Positions 1-12,965 of a stretch of 54,936 bases of DNA are shown one piece after another. The stretch spans positions 34,472,001 through 34,526,936 of the forward strand of contig CM097883.1 of NCBI GenBank assembly GCA_044892505.1. Direction: 5' to 3'. Below the pieces are notes generated by a model that saw only the letters and a program-made list of their open reading frames with translations, ran no database searches and was not told the origin of the DNA. The DNA is from Schmidtea nova. Lineage: Eukaryota. Numbering within the stretch: the stretch's first letter is position 1; each line of letters starts with the position of its first letter. The position numbers were made by a program, and so were the translations under genes.

Positions 1-182
1 GAAAAATCAAAATAATAAATTTTAATAAAAGGCTAAAGATTTATAATGAGCAAGATAGACATTAGGTATAGGGGATAAGTAGAATTTAGTTAATTTCACT
101 AACACAAAAATATAGAAATTTTAAGAATCAGGAAAATAATAGTAGGTTAGTCAAAAACAATAGGAATCAAATACCCCGAATA

Positions 183-1658
183 CACCGGGTTTCGCTGAAT
201 ATGGCGACCTATAATAATAAAATAGCTTATATTATAGAAAAGTACACACTTACCTGTACCTAATTCATTGCTGTTTTACTGAAAATGGCCATTTATTATG
301 TCGTAGACAAAGAGATAGAAAAAAAAATAATCACACACAAACACAAAACATAGAAAAAAACAGATGGTAACTTTCATAGGTGTGTTTTGTTTTATTCAAT
401 CTGGCTACCATATATAATTTTTATCAACAGAAATATTGAAAACTAAAATGGAAAATAAAATTTCAATAATTGGATCTGATGAATCTACATTGAGTTTCCG
501 CGAAAAAGATGAAATATCATCGTAAGTAATGTAAATTAAGTCATAGAATTTTTATACTTTCCCAGATTTTTAGAAAATTCACTGGAAACAATGGCATTTC
601 TTGAAGATGAAGTAGGAAAATGGTATCACTTTTTTATTTATTAAAATATTTATTATGGTCTTAGCCTTTCAGATATTCCAGGTACATCGTACAACTGCAT
701 TTCGACCGATACCTTAAAAAATGTTCGAAAATCGTAAGATGAAATAATAAATATTTAAAAAGTTATTTGACTTTTATAGGATTTCAGATATCGACAAAGA
801 CAGAATCATAAACGCAAAGGAAAATACTTCCATTTGGGAAGCTTACTTGGCCTACCAAAAAGTTCTATAAGAAAAATAATTTATAAATATGAAAAATATG
901 ACCACCTACCAGAAAGCACAAGAGGTGGTAGCAAGCCTCAAATTTTAGAAGAAACAGGGATTAAGTTGTTAGATTTTGTAGAAAACAATGTTGGTGCAAC
1001 CTTGGAGGAAATGAGAAAATTCATCAATGAACTAAACCCAATCGAAAGTTTATTTAGCAAAATCCGGGTCGCCCCATTTAATCAACTTCTAAAACATCAA
1101 CTTTTAAAACATCAACTACGAAAATCAAATGCAATTTAAAGAAGACAATATCACGATCAAATGGCTTCTCCACAATGTCTTTCCAAGACAGATTTTGTTT
1201 GGTGAAAACTGCTCTTGAAGACGAATTAAATAAAGATGAATATAAAGATTTGAAAAACTTTTCCTTACATGTTCACCGATTTTTTTCTAAATGTTTCCGA
1301 AAAATTGAAATCTTTGGAGATTAATGTATTTAACAAATAAATTTTAGTTAGAATTGAATTTTTACTTACCTTTGATGTTAATAATTCCATAATATCATAA
1401 ACATTTTCTATTAATTATTTAAAAATTAAATAAAAATAAAATTGATGAATAAAGATAACCTTTTAAAGCTTTTATAGTGATCTCATATCATTATGAGATC
1501 AAAATAAAAGCCTTAAAAGTTATCCTAATTTAAAAAAATTACCTGAAAGCCATTTTAAAATGGCTAATTCCAACAAGTTTTAAAAAATGAGTAATAATAA
1601 CCCGTGATGTATCTCACACACCTGCATTATAGGTGAACGGATTCATTGAAACACGGTG
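183..1658 (+). mobile_element. Tc1/mariner (IS630-Tc1-mariner) type DNA transposon, non-autonomous derivative
   Basis: Imperfect 33-bp TIRs (183-215 vs 1626-1658, 25/33 matching, CACCG...CGGTG) flanked by TA at 181-182 and 1659-1660; contains an HTH-coding region. Confidence 0.7.
448..1139 (+). pseudogene. Spliced, frameshifted transposase-like helix-turn-helix gene
   Basis: Exons 448-521, 566-622, 665-733 and 780 onward join in frame through GT-AG introns of 44, 42 and 46 nt. The HTH-like text (ISDIDKDRIINAKEN / LGSLLGLPKSSIRKIIYKY...RGGSKP...TLEEM) is split by a frameshift near 835. No DDE domain is seen. Confidence 0.55.
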
Positions 1659-2073
1659 TATAGGTGTTCATAATAGATTATTCGATCCCCGAATTGAGAT
1701 TGTGATAATCATGTTTGAATGTGAGCTTGGGAATAAACTAAAAATGCGAATATGCTTGTTTTCTTCTGATAATATAATGTATAGTGATTGATGGAAATAA
1801 TTGACTCAATTATGTTTAGATTTTGATCGGAGAAATCGATAATTCAGTGACAGTATGGTACGAAAACATCTCGGAAGACCCAAAGAACTTTAATACTCCT
1901 TGTACGAAGAATTTTATTGATTCTATTCTGTTTTTTCTTGTGCTATGTGCATCTTAAATGGGTCATCGCATGAATTACTAGTGTTTTGATGTTAAAAAAT
2001 GTTTTATTTTGATGCGATAATAAAGATTATTTATTTTGAAATTCCTATTAAAATATCATTGAATGCTTGAAGA

Positions 2074-2290
2074 AGGGACAAAATGGGCATTAAACCTTCT
2101 ATCGGTAGCCCTTGGACCCAGGAGATATTCAGTCAATCATAGTTTCAAATTTTCGACGCTCACTGATTGCGAATACCCACCCATTTGTTGCATTACCAAC
2201 ATTAAATTGTGACGGGCAACAAGATGGTTAATTCAATGTTTTGTATGTTTAGTTGTTGACGTGAGCCATAGAAATGTCAAGGTCATATTG
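2074..2290 (+). repeat. Dispersed repeat family X, copy 1
   Basis: GGGACAAAATGGGCAT..ACCTTCTATCGGT..CCTTGGACCCA.. is homologous to 7684-7890 (minus) and 44724-44890 (plus). Confidence 0.65.
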
Positions 2291-3224
2291 ACGATCAACA
2301 ATCCACCAGAATGTTTTCGTTGAACATTTATCATTGAAGGTGTTCAAAAATAATAATAACAACAATAAATTATACTAACAAAAGTAAATTAATAATATAA
2401 AAAAATAACTGATTAAAAAAATATATATTTAATTAATAAATAAATAAACAAAAAAAATAAACAAAAAAATCCAAAAAGTAAAACAAAACACAAATTCAAA
2501 ACGTCGCCAAAAACGCGCGATAGTTCATAGTGGTTTAGACCTGACACTGTCTGCTACTGCTGTATACCAATGGTTTTTACCTTTTTATAGTCACGGTCCG
2601 CCATATAATCATAAATAATTTTGTATACCCCAGTCCTTCAAAATTTGATAAAATATCCATTTTAATCACTCTACTATTAAGAACATAAATTCAATTATCT
2701 ATAAAATAAACTCTAAAACATAAATTCAAAACAGTCATAAAAAAATTGAAATAAAAAATATTTGTTAGATATTTATGAAATTTTGAAAAAATTTTTACCC
2801 AGAAATTTTAGGTGAAATTGGCCTTTTAATCATTCCGAAAAAAAATTTGGTTTAATTCGTTATATGGCTTTCACTTTTTGTCTGACCAATGGTGTGAGGG
2901 AGGGAGGGTATCGGGCCCCGTGGTTAACAATAATTGTTGGTACATTTCTATCCGTTATTATCACATCGCTTAATAGCACGCTCCTTTGCTATCCTGAAAT
3001 AAAGAAATCTTGATCCATTCATATATTATAAATTTAATATTTAGTATTATAAATTTATATTTTATATTATAAATTTATATTTAATATTATAAATTTAATT
3101 GACTATTTTATCGTTTAGTTAAATTTGGTTTTTTAATCGCCAAAATAAATAAATACAAATTTATTAGTTTTTATTTGAATCTTTAAAAAATTAAATTTTT
3201 ATAAACTAAAAAAGATGTTCCTTA

Positions 3225-4009
3225 ATGCCAGAAAAGCGCAAGCGAACCGATTTAACACTGAGAAATAAATTAGAGATTATTCCAGCTTGTTTCTACAGCA
3301 GCTACTAACCTCCCAATAAGTGGGGAAATATTGCGTTACAAGGCAGAATTCTTTGCTCAAAGTCGTAGCTTTATTGACTTTGATGCAAGTGATGGGTTTC
3401 TCGATAGATGAAAAAATGATATGGAGTTGTTTCTATAAAACACATGGTGAAAACTTGATACCGATCCTTCAAGCGCAGAAGAATTGGCTGGAGGTAAAGC
3501 CTCAAAAGAAAGACTCACTCTTTTAGTATGTACAAGAAGGGCTGGTGAAAAATGCCCACTTCTAGAGATTGGGAAAGCGATTAATCCACGATGCTTTCGT
3601 GGCATAAAACAACTTTCCGTAGAATACCAGAGCAATGGAAAATGTCTAAATGACTTCATTTACTTTTGAACAGTGGTTGCGAAAGTGCTTAAAATTTATG
3701 CAAAATATTAAAATTTTGATAAAAATAAAATTTATTAAAACAATGAATAAAAGTTTAAGTAAAAATATAAACTGGAAATAATAATGAAAAACAGGAAAAT
3801 TGCTTTGTTCATTCAAAAGTTAAAATGGCAAATATTCAAATATGTTTCCTCCCTCCGAATGCGACGTCTACGACTCAGCCACGTGATCAAGGAATGATTC
3901 TAGCGGTGAAACAAAATTATCGGCGAAAATGGTAATGAATCTTCTTGCAATACTTGAAACTACAAAAAAAAGAAATTCCTGCCCTACTTTTAGCTCGCAA
4001 TATTAATAT

Positions 4010-4065
<56 letters not shown>

Positions 4066-4240
4066 TATTGTAAATTGCTTTAGAAAGGTAAACGTTTATG
4101 AAGACAGCCATTGAATCTCAAAATTGGACACCAAAAAATATATTTTTAACAGATTTAGATTTTGAAAAATCTGTTGAAATCGATGAGCATACAGAATGTG
4201 CTTAACCAATAAATGAAGAAAATTTGATTAAGTTTAATAT
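3225..4240 (+). pseudogene. Degenerate pogo/Tigger-type transposase
   Basis: MPEKRKRTDLTLRNKLEII (N-terminal HTH), GGKASKERLTLLVC...LLEIGKAINPRCF (DDE_1 region) and QPRDQGMI...YRR lie in different frames separated by stops. The 3' boundary is approximate. Confidence 0.75.
4016..4064. repeat. (TA)n microsatellite
   Basis: Direct read. Other (TA)n tracts lie near 12352-12416 and 52806-52864. Confidence 0.95.
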
Positions 4241-4539
4241 TTTCGATGAAAACTCGATTTCTTTTATCTAAATTATATTTGACTTTTAGAGTAAAATCTG
4301 ATTTAAGTTTTGTTATAAAATATCAATAAAATCATTTATTTTTTGTTCACCTTTGACCTGTCTTGTTGTTTTCGGATTTCATGAAATTCTCAACTAATGA
4401 TTGATGTCTCATTTTAACATGTATTTTTGGCACTTGGCCGTGCATAGTATTTGTCGTTCTGTATAATTCGCCTTCAAAATAATTTCCTACAAAGATTATG
4501 ATGAATTTATTTACTACGAATATATGGCTTTGTGCAAGT

Positions 4540-5359
4540 TGGAACAATTGTGGAAGGGGAAAATTGACAGGGTAAACGATATGATGTTCTGGAATTCGGA
4601 GAAGAAAGAACAAACAATTTAGAAATGTGAAGATAATAACAAAATAAAAGAAATTGAGCAAAAAAGTAAAAGAAGGTAATTATAAAGAACAAATGGGAAA
4701 AAGAATTCCAAAATTGAAAGCAAAAACAAAAGGAAAATTCATATCATGATGGCTTGTCAGGGATAACAAAGGTGCAGAATCAAAATCGGAAAATCTGTCA
4801 GAGGAGTTATGAAGAAAAGTATGGAGTATACTGGAGGTAAAGGGGAAAACAAAAATAATCTCAAGTACCAGAGAAGGACAATCTTAAAAATGGATGTCAC
4901 AGTTGTAGAATCAGAAGAGAATTAGTAGAAGCGAAAAGTTAGTGGAAGTAAATTAATTATTGGAGACAAATTCGTAGAGAAAATATAGAGAAGAATATGG
5001 ATAAACGTAGTAAACCGAGTTACTTAGTGATTTATTGAGTTCAGGCTTGAAATAGTGGATTCAAGGATCAATCGGATAATAACAGAGGAAAAGCCTAACG
5101 AATAAAATTACCAAATCAAAGCCAAAGAATCATTAAAAAAATAAAGTTAATATTTTATGTTTTATACACTAGCGCTATTCCTCACAAAATGTTGCTATAA
5201 GCGATGTATAGAATTGTACGTGTCATCGTAATTTGTGTAGTCAACTGTGATAATCAATAAAGGTTTATATTGGCTGAAAATTGTTATTTTGTTGGTAAAA
5301 ATAAAGCACGCTTGGAGTCAGAGAATTAATTGGTAAATTTATATTTCACCAACCCAACA
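4540..5359 (+). mobile_element. Degenerate solo-LTR-like repeat, family B, copy 1
   Basis: Ends ATAAAGCACGCTTGGAGTCAGAGAATTAATT...TTTCACCAACCCAACA and is colinear with 7944-8747. The 5' boundary is approximate. Confidence 0.5.
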
Positions 5360-5950
5360 TTTTTATCAAAAGGGTCTTTTAGAATCAAAACAACATCAAA
5401 GAAGCAATTAATTTCAGGATTTTACAAAATACAACATTTTGTAGATCTTTTTAATTATTATCCTAAAAAATCTCAATTTTTATTACTTAGTTTTTTTTGA
5501 TTTGCAAGTTTCAATTTCAAAGGATTTTGGGAGAAATACAGGCAAAGGAAACAATGGAACATTCAAGCAAGTACCAAAGAGATCTAATTTAAAATAGACT
5601 TTTTTACTTCAAACTCGTCTTTCCTTTGAGATACCCCTTTGATAAGTGACACCATTAATCTAGAAATCAAGGCATGCAAATGATAAAGATTAATAACAGC
5701 TGACTTAGCGATATTTAAATTTTTTATTAATGCAATAATTTCACCCTTTCCAGTCATTGTTCCTTTACCGTATCTGTTCTAAATTAAACGACTTTATTTG
5801 ATCATCCATAGCAACATGAGCACTTAGCATTTTTAGTAAGTCAAATCTTATAAAAAACAGTTTAAAATCACCAAAACATATGATACAGGCATCAGAACAG
5901 AGAAAACATAACAATAGAAATCGATATAAAAACATTTATTAACAAACAAA

Positions 5951-6895
5951 TCAATCGAAATGCTTATTTGCCTTGTATATTGTAAAAAGTGGATCATTGA
6001 CATTAACCACAACATCAATTGTAGTGCGCTGATAATACTGTCCATCCCGTTCGATATTGCGTATCACAGTAGACAATAAATGTGCCCGGTCAACATGAGC
6101 ACCGGAGCTCTCATTACCTACATGTGTCACATGTACATGTAGCTGGTAGAACGAAGGGGGATAATGGAAATATAATCTTAACTGCGACTGGGGTATCTCA
6201 TATTTCTCTCCAATTACTTTCCTACATTTTTCGTTAATTTCCTTTAACAATGGCAAATGAGTTTCGTTGAGATCCCTTAAAGAACGCAGCTGTTTATCTG
6301 CTGCAATAGCAATACAATGAACCATTTCCATCGAAAAAGACATTCTTTCATTCCATTTATAATCCATCACTAACATAAATCCATTTTCGGTTGTTTCCTT
6401 TCCAAATAGGATTCTATCTAATTCCGCTTTGTTATCGAGTAAATTATCAATCCAAACGTTGGAAAATGAATTCGTATTGACAAATGGTATCGTTATTTCA
6501 TTATAAATTTCTACAGTTTCTGACAATATATGAAATGAAGGTTTCGAATATTTCTCGATGTGTTTTGATGTTGCTGGATTAATTATCGTCAATTTTATGG
6601 GATTTATCGAGTTCATTCCATCGATTAATTCCGTGCGATAAATATCATTTGTCATTATATTGTTCAATTTGAAATTATCATTTGCAATTGAGCGTTTTAT
6701 TTCATCGATGTTTTCGGGAAATGGAGACTTTTCGAATATTAAAACTGCATTATTGTCGGAAAATTTACCTTTTAATATTAAAACTTTTTCACTTGTTTTG
6801 TTGTTAAGAGTTTTATCGATTTCAAAAGACTTAAGATCGATTTCAGTTTTTAATTTTTTGCAAGATGACTGATCATTTTCACATAGATTACTCAT
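5951..6895 (-). CDS. DCPS: m7GpppX diphosphatase (scavenger decapping enzyme), intronless, 314 aa from the first ATG
   Basis: HIT motif YFHYPPSFYQLHVHV, LRSLRDL..HLPLL, KLTIINPATSKHIEKY and AHLLSTVIRNIE match DcpS. The ORF-track start at 6904 is TTG; the first ATG is at 6895. Confidence 0.93.
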   Translation of the reverse strand: MSNLCENDQSSCKKLKTEIDLKSFEIDKTLNNKTSEKVLILKGKFSDNNAVLIFEKSPFPENIDEIKRSIANDNFKLNNIMTNDIYRTELIDGMNSINPIKLTIINPATSKHIEKYSKPSFHILSETVEIYNEITIPFVNTNSFSNVWIDNLLDNKAELDRILFGKETTENGFMLVMDYKWNERMSFSMEMVHCIAIAADKQLRSLRDLNETHLPLLKEINEKCRKVIGEKYEIPQSQLRLYFHYPPSFYQLHVHVTHVGNESSGAHVDRAHLLSTVIRNIERDGQYYQRTTIDVVVNVNDPLFTIYKANKHFD

Positions 6896-7142
6896 CGTAA
6901 TCAAATTCTATAGATAAAATGTCGCTTGTGCGAAGTAAATTTCGTTTCGATAACCCCCAAAGTGTTTGGAGATTTGTTACTGCTATCGTATCGAAAACAA
7001 TATTTGATGCAACAAATTCGGCTTGGGTTTTTTGGTTGTTTACTAGTAGTAGTTTACAGTTTTTATTATGAACAGCTTCTAAGGTATTTATAAATCTTTT
7101 TCGTAGAACTGTTAGTAATTCTTTTTTGTCAAGATTTTGCAT
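6888..7142 (-). CDS. GEMIN7: Gemin7 homolog (SMN complex, Sm-like fold), 84 aa
   Basis: LRKRFI...TNLQTLWG...NLLRTSDILSIEF parallels human Gemin7 LRERYL...SQLQTPIG...ALLRCSDIISYTF (recalled, not searched). Has an ATG start and an appropriate length. Confidence 0.8.
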   Translation of the reverse strand: MQNLDKKELLTVLRKRFINTLEAVHNKNCKLLLVNNQKTQAEFVASNIVFDTIAVTNLQTLWGLSKRNLLRTSDILSIEFDYDE

Positions 7143-7683
7143 ATATTTTGAATTTAAATTAACTTGTTAATATTTCAATTTAAACAATATTAATTTATTT
7201 TATTCAATGTAAAAAATATCTGTATTCAAATTCATATTCAACAAAAATGTTTTGAAAACTTATTCAATTTGCTTATATGTATAAATAAATGAATATTTAT
7301 TAATAATATGAATATTTGAAAATGTTTAAAATAAAATTAATTAAGCCGGAAGTAGTTGAAACTGATTTTGAATTATAGTTTACTTGAAATTATTGAAGTC
7401 CTAATTTACGTAAATTGGCAACAACAAATTTAATTTGTTAAAATGGTGCTATAATTTAAAAATCTGAACACGCATAAGAAGTTAATTTGAAATCTTACAT
7501 AGCCAAAATTAAAATTAACAAAAATTTGTAAGAAGTAAGCGCGAAATTTAAACAAAAATAACAAGAAAATTTCTAGACTGCTAAGAGCAAAGCAGCGAGC
7601 AAGAATTTAAAAATTTTATTAAAGAAAAAATATAAAGTTAATTTAGAAAATATCATAAAATGTTATTGGTGAGTTAATGCATA

Positions 7684-7890
7684 TCAACTTGACCTTCACC
7701 TAATCCTTTGTAACCGCATACAAACATAAAACCAAATTGTTACCTGTCGCCTAGCAACGTTGGTAATGTTACAATCAGGTGGATATTCACAAAAAAGAGC
7801 TCCAAATAAATCAGAACTATAATTGACCGAATATCGCGGTTGGGTCCAAGGACGACCGATAGAAGGTATGGTGCACATTTTATCTGTCCC
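7684..7890 (-). repeat. Dispersed repeat family X, copy 2
   Basis: Reverse complement aligns with 2074-2290. Confidence 0.65.
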
Positions 7891-7943
7891 ATAAATTACG
7901 CATAAATCCATAGACAACGACTCTATCTAAACCCGAAGAAAGT

Positions 7944-8747
7944 TGTTGAGGATTCGTAAACAATAAATTAAATATTATCACAAATAAATAAAATTAAATG
8001 GAGAAAATCAGACCGGGTAAATGATAAGATGTTTTGAAATTCGGAGAAGGAGGAAGGGAGAGGGAAAAAATGAGAAATTAGAAGATGGCAGCGAAATAAA
8101 AGAAATCGAATAATTAGCAAGAAAAGGTCATTCCTAATTTAAAAGTACAAAAAGGAAAAATGAATTTCGAAATCGTAAAACAAAAGCAAGAAGAAAAAGT
8201 TATAACTCGACAGCTGTCAGAGAAAAGACAGGAGTTATGAAGAATGAGAGAGGCAAAAATGGAAAAACAAAATTATCTCTGGTACTACAAATTTGACGAA
8301 CTATAAAAGGAGGAAACAACAGAAGATAAGGGTGAAGACAGTGTAAAAGCCAGAAAGAAAATCTGCGGAAAATTGAAATATAGAAGAATCAAATATATTA
8401 TTAGAAAACAGGGATCAAAGGAAAATTTGAGAAGATTTTGGAGAATTTATCAAACCAAAAAGTTAACTTAATGAAAGAGTCAAAGGTTATTTAGCCAATT
8501 TTCAAGTCAAAGCACGAACAGTTACTAATTGTTAAATCTAAATCAGTAGCCAGTGATCATTAGAAGAAGATATTGTCCACGAGTGCTATTCTTCACAGAG
8601 CATCATAATAAGTAGTGTATAATTATCTCTCATATTGTTGATTTGGTCGTACCATTGTAATTTGTAAAACCAGCTGTGGTATCGATAAAGTACGCTTTGG
8701 AATCAGAGAATTAATTAGTAAATTTTAATTTCACCAATAACCCAATA
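7944..8747 (+). mobile_element. Degenerate solo-LTR-like repeat, family B, copy 2
   Basis: Starts TGTTGAGG and ends TTTCACCAATAACCCAATA; homologous to 4540-5359. No TSD recognised. Confidence 0.5.
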
Positions 8748-11136
8748 ACCCAGAAAAATTAATCAAGACAAAGAAAATAGTAGATGGTTCCTTGTGACGG
8801 ATAGAGGCAATTCGTCAGCATTATTATATTTGGTATAAGAAAATTATTACTGGTACTCTTTAATATGGTTATCTCCTAATCGTTTGTTTTGAATTCACCT
8901 TCTCTTGAAATTCATTTATTTATTAATATAATCTCCAATATTTGAATGAGTTAGAGATGATGATCAATTCAGCCGTTTAATTAACCGACAATTCTGTAAT
9001 GGGGAAATTATTTCATACAATTCCTCAATCAGCAATCAAATATGCAAATCACTCATCACAGAATTCTCTATTGAATTAGACTTAACGAATAAAAATAATC
9101 ATGCGATAGCAACAATAAGCAACAAAAAAATAAATTAAATAATCAAATTAGGCAATAAGGTTGTCGTATGGTCTGTCATCGGCTTTTTATCCAGCGTCAA
9201 ATCAACTGCTGGAGTGATACCAATTTTCATGGCATTCGCGTTTAGTTGTTCCAATATCCGGGCTTCCTGTTTTAGCTAGTTAGATGAAAACTATAGCATA
9301 GGGACAAATAGATATTGGCTAAATATACATATTGATACATCAACTAACAAAATCTCTCCCGATGAAAAGATGTGATTCAGATAACATTCTATTGTATCGT
9401 TTGACAATTCTATTATGTGACAAATCCATTTAGTTTTGTGATGTATATAACAATCTGTCTCATCTCTATCTGACCGGTTATTTATTTATACTTAAGGGAA
9501 CAAATATTTTTATTGTTGTTATTACTACTATTATTGTTATTATTATTATTTTGTTTGTTGTTATTGTTATTATTATTATTATTAATATTTGTATTATTAC
9601 CATTATAATTATTTGACAAAAAATATTGATTGCACTACAATGAATATACTGGAGAAATCAATGCAATTGAAATCGAACAATGTGTAAATACCATTCGAAC
9701 GATCTGTCACATTGTGCATTAGTCAAAACTTAGAATTTAATGATTTCAATTATTATTTACCATTCGAAACTTTAATTTGTTATTCCTTGAAATTTCAATT
9801 TTTATTGTGAAATGAAAATTGCACGATAATTTTTCATGTTTGAAAAAGACTTCAGAAAATATTTATGGTTCTTATAAAAAAGAATTTTTTATTATTATCT
9901 TTTGTTAAAAAAGTCATAATTTTCATTAAATTCAAAACCATTATNNNNNNNNNNNNNNNNNNNNNNNNNNNNNNNNNNNNNNNNNNNNNNNNNNNNNNNN
10001 NNNNNNNNNNNNNNNNNNNNNNNNNNNNNNNNNNNNNNNNNNNNNNNNNNNNNNNNNNNNNNNNNNNNNNNNNNNNNNNATTGTTATTATTTAAAAAAAT
10101 TATTATTATTATTATTATTCTAAAATTATTATTATTATTTTTATTTATTTCTTTAAACGAGCAGTAAAAAGCTCGGAATTTTCATCTTATCAAACAAAAG
10201 GCACTTAAGAAAAGCACTAAGTGCTCAAAAATAAATACAGTACATTTTTGTACAATCTATTTTTTAAAAAATATAAATACAAAATGTGTTGACACTCAAA
10301 ATGGAGTGTCAACAAAATTTTAATATATAACCAGACTGATTTCTCAGTCTAAGCACCCATAAAATCTTATACTTTAAGAAGAATTACAAATTCGGTAAAC
10401 GAAATTTGTTACTTAAATTAGAGCATACAGAATTTGCACATCCGTGCTCAGGAAACTGCAAGCACTTACATACACATACACATACACATACATATAAAAT
10501 AAATAAACATTATTATATTTTTGAGGTAATTGTTATTTTTATCACATTTGTATTTGTTATAATTTAAATAAACTTTCAAAGAACCAGTCTTGTTTTTTAT
10601 TTATATAAGAAACATCAAGTNNNNNNNNNNNNNNNNNNNNNNNNNNNNNNNNNNNNNNNNNNNNNNNNNNNNNNNNNNNNNNNNNNNNNNNNNNNNNNNN
10701 NNNNNNNNNNNNNNNNNNNNNNNNNNNNNNNNNNNNNNNNNNNNNNNNNNNNNNNNNNNNNNNNNNNNNNNNNNNNNNNNNNNNNNNNNNNNNNNNNNNN
10801 NNNNNATTTATGAATCGGGACAGGGATCCGAATTTTCAAGTAATCTAATTTACGCAATATGTGAGTATTAATACGTGTGAAACGTCGCTCTACCCCGTCT
10901 TACTATGAGTGCCTCGGTGATAATTAAAAATTTTGAATTTCTTAATCAAGCGTTCTCATTAGAATTTCCCTAGTCTTCCTCCGAAAATAATACGCGCTTG
11001 TTATATTCGAGTTTCTCGAAAATATTCAGAATTTGAAACGCTATATATTTTTTCAAATTAAATGTGCAATCTAATATAACACGCGTATTTTTTTCGAATA
11101 TTAGCATAAGTCTTTCTGGTAGTTCCATACAAATAC

Positions 11137-11984
11137 TGTTGAGGTTAGTATAAAAATCAGAAAAGCAACCAGAAATAATAGTAAAAGCAAATAAATATCA
11201 AAATAAATAAAAGTGCAAAAATTAATTAAAATTTATCAAAAATTTAAAATTAATATTCATCAGGGGAAATGGGTATGGTTGAATGCCAAATCAAAAGACA
11301 AACCCAAAAATAATAATAGAAATTTAGTAAAGGGTCCCCATAGAAAGTTATATAGTAAAAACAAACTAATTAAAATTAATTAATCGCTCAATGGGAAGCC
11401 TGAGACCATTGGGAGCCCGAGGCAATGGGAAACCCGAGCGATGAAAGAAACCCGAAAGCAGTAGAGACCCGAGAGATCAAATGAGATTGCGCATGGCAAT
11501 TAGGGAGAATCCACCCGAGCGCAAACATAATAATTTGTTGATAGACCAATTAAGTCAGACATTGGGTAACCTTTTGGTTTTTGGTAAAATTTAATTGCCA
11601 TTTGCGATATGTATAAAAGGTAGCGCAAAGTAAAGGATGTGGCCGAGAAACCGAGAGATTAACGGACAGAAAGTTATTTTAATTTATTGAAATTAACCAA
11701 TAGAAAGAAGAGAGAACATTACGGAATTCGAAAAAGACAATAAACAAAGTGAGAAATATATCTTTGTAACCGTCCTAACGAGAGGATCAAATCCTATTAA
11801 GAAAGAAAGTGCAAATTGTCGAGAGTGTACATCATATTGATTAAAACAAGTTTGGATAAATTGTAAATTGTGGTGATCCTCAAATTAATGGTTCTGTGTT
11901 GGGTTTCATTGATTTTCGATAATTAAAGGACACGAGGAGTCAGGTCTTTGAACCGGTCTTAAACAACACAATAATAACCCAACA
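11137..11984 (+). mobile_element. Solo LTR, family A (848 bp)
   Basis: TGTTGAGG...AACCCAACA termini with a 4-bp TSD ATAC on both sides (11133-11136, 11985-11988); internal TATAAAAGG; homologous to 48502-49298. Confidence 0.88.
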
Positions 11985-12210
11985 ATACAAATAAACTAAC
12001 ACTGTAAATTTCAAAGCATTATTTCTTAGCTTTATTTCATTCTGTAAAATAAATAATAGTTGGAAAAAAATAATAATTTATAAATGAATTTTATAATTTT
12101 AAACCGTATTATTCATTGGGCTTAACAATGTGGATAAAACTTGAGATTTCACATGCTTCATCATTTAACGTGGTAACTGTATTTTTACACTGATTTAAAT
12201 GTTTATAGTA

Positions 12211-12347
12211 GGGGAAGTAAGCGCTCTGGCACAAGCCAATTATTTCTAAACTGTATGAATTACGTAATAATTTTACAATGACCCCCTAAAGATTTTTGGA
12301 GAGAGGGGTTTACAAAAAATTATATTTTACTGTAACATTACATAATC

Positions 12348-12419
<72 letters not shown>

Positions 12420-12965
12420 TGTATGGGGGGTCCTGACCCGGGATAACTTTGCGTTTCTCATCAGTTAAATCACTGCCATGTTTATATTGAAAATCAATAA
12501 AATTAATTGTCAAAATCACATAAAACTATAAAATTAATTACATAAATTATAAATCACAAAGATAAATATTCATGATGATAAGTCACAAAAGTAAATTGTT
12601 ATCATAAAAAGTAAACTGCAATCACAAAGATAATATTACAAAATCATCACGATGAAATGTTGATCACAACTATTGATAATAAACTGATCCAAATAGTATT
12701 CGAATTGTTGATCACATAATCAATATTATTGTCCAATAAATGGAATTGTTGTTCTCGAATCATTCTTGTATGTTCATATTTATTCTGTATTTATTGCCTC
12801 CTACTGTATAATGTTTTAATTTTATAATTTTTTTTATTCGCCTATCTTCTAACAAAACGAAGAAATGGATTAAATTATAAAGAAAACAAAGTTACAAAAT
12901 AAACTATTAAATAAAATAGACAGTTTAGGAATAGATGGCTTGTGCCAGAGCGCACACTAACCCCC
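12211..12965. mobile_element. MITE with roughly 45-bp imperfect TIRs
   Basis: GGGGAAGTAAGCGCTCTGGCACAAGCCAATTATTTCTAAACTGT versus the reverse complement of 12920-12965; TA on both sides; (TA)n inside. Confidence 0.65.

Noticed and set aside
9865-10871. ORFs spanning N-runs (also 46929-47240)
   Set aside because: Assembly-gap artefacts.
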